Assembly: GCA_963827555.1 (NCBI GenBank)
Contig: CAWHBL010000029.1
Span: forward strand, 45,054-109,053
Length of the DNA: 64,000 nucleotides
Reading direction: 5' to 3'
Source of the DNA: an uncultured beta proteobacterium
GTDB lineage: Bacteria; Pseudomonadota; Gammaproteobacteria; Burkholderiales; SG8-39
Part shown: piece after piece, positions 60,621 through 64,000 of the stretch
Layout of the letters: the number at the start of each line of letters is the position of its first letter
Numbering within the stretch: position 1 is the first letter of the stretch
Translations under genes and position numbers: made by a program
Notes under the pieces: model-generated
The model's database searches: none
What the model was told of the DNA's origin: nothing
Seen by the model: the letters and a program-made list of their open reading frames with translations, nothing else

Positions 60621-60857
60621 ATGCGCCGTCAACGCAACGCCAAGATCGTCGCCACGCTGGGCCCGGCGAGCTCGGACGCCGCGACCGTCCGTGCGCTGTT
60701 CGACGCCGGCGCCGACGTATTCCGCCTCAACTTCAGCCATGGCGCCCATGCCGACCACAAGGAGCGCCTCGAGGTCATCCGGCGGATCGAGCGCGAGACC
60801 GGCCTGCCGCTCGGGACCGCGGGCACGACGAACATGCTGCGCATCGCGCAGGTCTGA
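60621..60857 (+). pseudogene. Pyruvate kinase remnant: N-terminal ~62 codons joined in frame to the last ~15 codons
   Basis: MRRQRNAKIVATLGPASSDAATVRALFDAGADVFRLNFSHGAHADHKERLEVIRRIERETG is a canonical PK N-terminus. It is followed directly by LPLGTAGTTNMLRIAQV-stop, resembling the G-TTN-x-RI C-terminal tail. About 400 codons of barrel, B and C domains are absent. Confidence 0.7.
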
Positions 60858-60883
60858 CCGGGGGCGGGTAGCAAGGAGGAAGG

Positions 60884-61510
60884 ATGGACGCATTGGCGAT
60901 CATGAAGGCGGGACCGGTCATTCCGGTGATCGTCATCGGCGACCTGGCGCAAGCGGTGCCGCTCGCGAAGGCCCTCGTCGCCGGCGGCGTGCGAGTGCTG
61001 GAGGTGACGCTCCGCACGCCGGCGGGTCTCGACGCCATCAAGGCGATCGCGGGGGAGGTGCCCGACGCGATCGTCGGCGTCGGCACGGTGACCGCGCCCG
61101 AAGAGTTCGCCCAGGCGCGCGCGGCGGGCGCGAAGTTCGCCGTGAGCCCCGGGCTGACGCCCGCGCTCGCGGAGGCCGGGCGCAAGAGCGGCATGCCGTG
61201 CCTGCCGGGCGTCATGACGCCCTCCGACGTGATCGCCGCGCGCGCGGCAGGTTTCCGGCAGCTCAAGCTCTTTCCGGCGCAGCAGGCAGGCGGTCTCGGC
61301 ATGCTGCGGGCGCTCCACGGACCGTTCCCCGACATCGTGTTCTGCCCGACCGGCGGCGTGACCGAGGAGACGGCGCCGGAGTTCCTGTCCCTGCCGAACG
61401 TGGCGTGCGTCGGCGGATCGTGGTTGACGCCGAAGGCCGCGGTCGACGCGAAGGATTGGGCCGGGATCACCCGCCTCGCCGCGCGGGCGGCCGCGCTGCG
61501 GGCGCGCTAG
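60884..61510 (+). CDS. eda: 2-dehydro-3-deoxy-phosphogluconate / 4-hydroxy-2-oxoglutarate aldolase
   Basis: 208 aa. [49 protein letters not shown]. Confidence 0.9.
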   Translation: MDALAIMKAGPVIPVIVIGDLAQAVPLAKALVAGGVRVLEVTLRTPAGLDAIKAIAGEVPDAIVGVGTVTAPEEFAQARAAGAKFAVSPGLTPALAEAGRKSGMPCLPGVMTPSDVIAARAAGFRQLKLFPAQQAGGLGMLRALHGPFPDIVFCPTGGVTEETAPEFLSLPNVACVGGSWLTPKAAVDAKDWAGITRLAARAAALRAR

Positions 61511-61523
61511 ACGGGAGGGACCC

Positions 61524-62277
61524 ATGCACAAGGTCGTCCTGTTGCGGCACGGCGAGTCGACGTGGAACCAGGAGAACCGGTTCACCGGCTGGACCGACGT
61601 CGACCTCACCGACAAGGGCCGCGCCGAAGCGCAGGCCGCCGGCGGGCTGCTGCGCGCCAACGGCTTCGCGTTCGACATCGCCTTCACCTCGGTGCTGACC
61701 CGCGCCATCCGCACGCTGTGGATCGTGCTCGACGAGCTGCAGCGCATGTGGATCCCGGTGCACCACTCGCTGGCGTCTGAACGAACGCCACTACGGCGCG
61801 CTGCAGGGCCTCAACAAGGCGGAGATGGCGGCCAAGTTCGGCGAGCAGCAGGTGCTCGTCTGGCGCCGCTCCTACGACACGCCGCCGCCGGCGCTCGAGC
61901 CCGGCGACCCGCGCCTGGAGGCCGCGGATCCGCGCTACGCGGGCATTCCGCCCGGCGAGTTCCCGCGCACCGAATGCCTCAAGGACACCGTCGCCCGCTT
62001 CCTGCCGCACTGGCACGAGGTGATCGCGCCGACGGTGCGCACGGGCAAGAGCGTCATCATCGCCGCGCACGGCAACAGCCTGCGGGCGCTGGTGAAGTAT
62101 CTCGACAACGTCTCGGACCAGGAGATCGTCGGCCTCAACATTCCGACCGGCCAGCCCCTGGTCTACGAGCTGGACCGCGACCTGAAGCCGCTCAAGCACT
62201 ACTACCTCGGCGACGAGGCGACGATCCGCGCGGCGATGGCGGCGGTGGCCAACCAGGGCAAGGCGGCGACCCCATGA
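61524..62277 (+). pseudogene. gpmA: 2,3-bisphosphoglycerate-dependent phosphoglycerate mutase, reading frame broken once
   Basis: [28 protein letters not shown]...IPVHHS, then one base out of frame: [28 protein letters not shown]...[14 protein letters not shown] (ORF 61825..62277). Junction at about 61768. Confidence 0.88.
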
Positions 62278-63215
62278 AGCCCGTCGTCCTGTCGGTTGCG
62301 CACCTGCCGGATTTCCTGACCGAGCCGCCTGCGCGAGGCATTCGATTTCCGCGACCGGGTGCACGAGCAGGACCCGGCGGCGTTCGACGCGATCGCCCCC
62401 CGGGTCCGCGGCATCGTCGCGAGCGGCGAGGCGCGCGTGACCCGGGAGCTCCTGGCGCGCCTGCCGGCCGCCGAGATCATCGCCGTCTTCGGCGTCGGGT
62501 ATGACGGCATCGACCTCGACGCGACGCGCGACCGGCGCGTCACCGTCACCAACACGCCCGAGGTGCTGACCGACGACGTGGCGGACCTCGCGCTGGGCCT
62601 CATCCTGGCCGTGTCGCGCGAACTGCTCCCCGCCGACGCCTATCTCCGCAGCGGACAGTGGGCGGACGGACCGTATCGGCTGACGCGCAAGGTAAGCGGC
62701 GCTCGCCTCGGGATCTTCGGCCTGGGACAGGATCGGTCGCGCCATCGCGCAGCGCGCCGAGGGCTTCGGCATGCGCATTGCCTACACCGACCGGAGCGAG
62801 ATCGAAGGCGTGACGTACACCTTCTTCCCCACGGCGCGGGAGATGGCCGCGCAGGTGGACTTCTTCGTCGTCAGCGCCTACGGCGGGCCCGCGACGCGCG
62901 GCCTGGTCGAACGCCGAAGTGCTGAACGCGCTCGGCCCGGACGGCATTCTGGTCAACGTCGCGCGCGGCTCGGTGGTCGACGAGCCGGCGCTCGTCGCCG
63001 CGCTGAAAGCGGGACGGATCCGGGGCGCGGGGCTGGACGTGTTCGCTGACGAACCGCACGTTCCCCACGAGCTGCTCTCGATGGAGAACGTGGTCCTCAC
63101 GCCCCACGTCGCCAGCGGCACGCTGCAGACCCGCCAGGCGATGGCGGATCTCGCCTACGCGAACCTCGCGGCGCACTTTGCGGGCAAGCCGGTGCTCACG
63201 CCGATCCCGCGCTGA
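62274..63215 (+). pseudogene. D-isomer-specific 2-hydroxyacid dehydrogenase (glyoxylate/hydroxypyruvate/2-ketogluconate reductase type), reading frame broken three times
   Basis: ATGA overlap with the gpmA stop. [17 protein letters not shown] / RLREAFDF...GVGYDGIDL...GIFGLG / RIGRAIAQRAEGFGMRIAYTDR...FFVVS / [24 protein letters not shown]...TPHVASGT. Breaks at about 62325, 62727 and 62908, each +1. Confidence 0.82.
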
Positions 63216-63250
63216 ACGCCGACCACGCCGGAAAACAAGGAGGAACGTAC

Positions 63251-64000
63251 ATGTCCAGGCCAGCCCTGAAGAAATCGATCCTGTCCGCGGTGCTGCGCCG
63301 CGGCGCTCGTAGCGGCGACGTCCGCCGCCGCCCAGGACATCAAGGACCGCAGCGTCAAGATGCCGATCGTGAACGCGATCGACCACCCGCAGGGGATCGG
63401 GGCGGCCAAGTTCGCCGAGCTGGTCGCGCAGAAGAGCGGCGGCAAGATCAAGGTCAAGGTCTACCCCGGCGGCACGCTCGGCGGCGAGCAGCAGGTCGCC
63501 TCGGCGATGCAGGGCGGCACGGTCGAGGTGTCGATGATGGCGCCGGCCCAGCTGGTCGGGAACTACAAGGAGTTCCTCGTGCTCGACCTGCCGTTCGCCT
63601 TCGCCAACGAGCGCGAGGCGGACATCGTCCTCGACGGCCCGTTCGGGAAGAAGCTGCTCGAAGTGATGCCCGCCAAGGGTCTCGTCGGGCTCGCCTACAT
63701 GGAGCAGGGCTACCGCAGCATCAGCAACAGCAAGCGGCCGATCAACAAGCTGGAAGACATCCAGGGGCTCAAGATCCGCACCATCCAGAACCCGCTGTAC
63801 GTCGACATGCTCAACACGCTCGGCGCGAACGCGGTACCGATGGCCTTCACCGAGCTGTACACGGCGCTCGACACGAAGGCGGTGGACGGGCAGGAGAACC
63901 CGTACGCGACCCTGGAGGCGTCGAAGTTCTACGAGGTGCAGAAGTACATGAGCGCCACCAAGCACATCTACAATCCGCAGCTCCTGCTCGTCGGCAAGAA
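63251..64000 (+). pseudogene. dctP: TRAP transporter substrate-binding protein (DctP family); frame broken in the signal peptide; 3' end beyond the window
   Basis: RBS AAGGAGGA, ATG 63251: MSRPALKKSILSAVL. Then +1 frame: AAALVAATSAAAQDIKDRSVKMPIVNAIDHPQGIGAAKFAELV...GGTVEVSMMAPAQLVG...LKIRTIQNPLYVDMLNTLGANAVPMAFTELYTALDTKAVDGQENP. Junction at about 63296. Confidence 0.82.

Overview
Very GC-rich (about 70% by eye) chromosomal segment that looks betaproteobacterial, probably Burkholderiales, given several Bug/TctC-type binding proteins, tctBA and E. coli-type SOS boxes. It is mostly core metabolism and transport. Recognisable blocks: two paralogous orphan family-5 ABC binding proteins flanking a small atypical-composition insert (about 1.9-5.7 kb); ribBA-ribH-nusB-thiL-pgpA-methyltransferase-pncC; an AmmeMemoRadiSam pair; ugpBAEC; a CHASE3 histidine kinase with a receiver-only regulator; a UDP-xylose synthase/epimerase/GT2 trio; recA-recX; GNAT/GST/VOC/VIT genes; nupC; alaS; a MetF-like reductase; a badly broken peroxidase-like cytochrome c gene; a Bug binding protein, a MetE-like protein and an LpxL-like acyltransferase; aroG behind a Phe-rich leader peptide and attenuator; a GT39 glycosyltransferase; tctB-tctA-tctC; two c-type cytochromes; and two divergent sugar-acid/Entner-Doudoroff-type operons (IlvD/Edd dehydratase-kdgK; gapN-pyk remnant-eda-gpmA-2-hydroxyacid dehydrogenase-dctP) with AraC and LysR regulators. 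I found no tRNA, rRNA, CRISPR array, transposase or integrase. Observations most worth a second look: (1) an 836-aa fusion of a Pcm-type protein carboxyl methyltransferase, a Rieske 2Fe-2S module and about 500 aa of unassignable sequence, inside the atypical insert; (2) a Phe-codon leader with alternative hairpins upstream of the DAHP synthase gene; (3) a fused AmmeMemoRadiSam B-A protein with its radical SAM partner; (4) a pyruvate kinase gene reduced in frame to 78 codons; (5) roughly 30 reading-frame breaks, almost all equivalent to a single extra base, confined to 19.6-64 kb and absent from 0-19.6 kb. Point 5 looks more like sequence or assembly error than biology. I call the affected genes frame-disrupted (pseudogene type) strictly as seen in this sequence. 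All homology statements come from motif recognition by eye; no searches were run.
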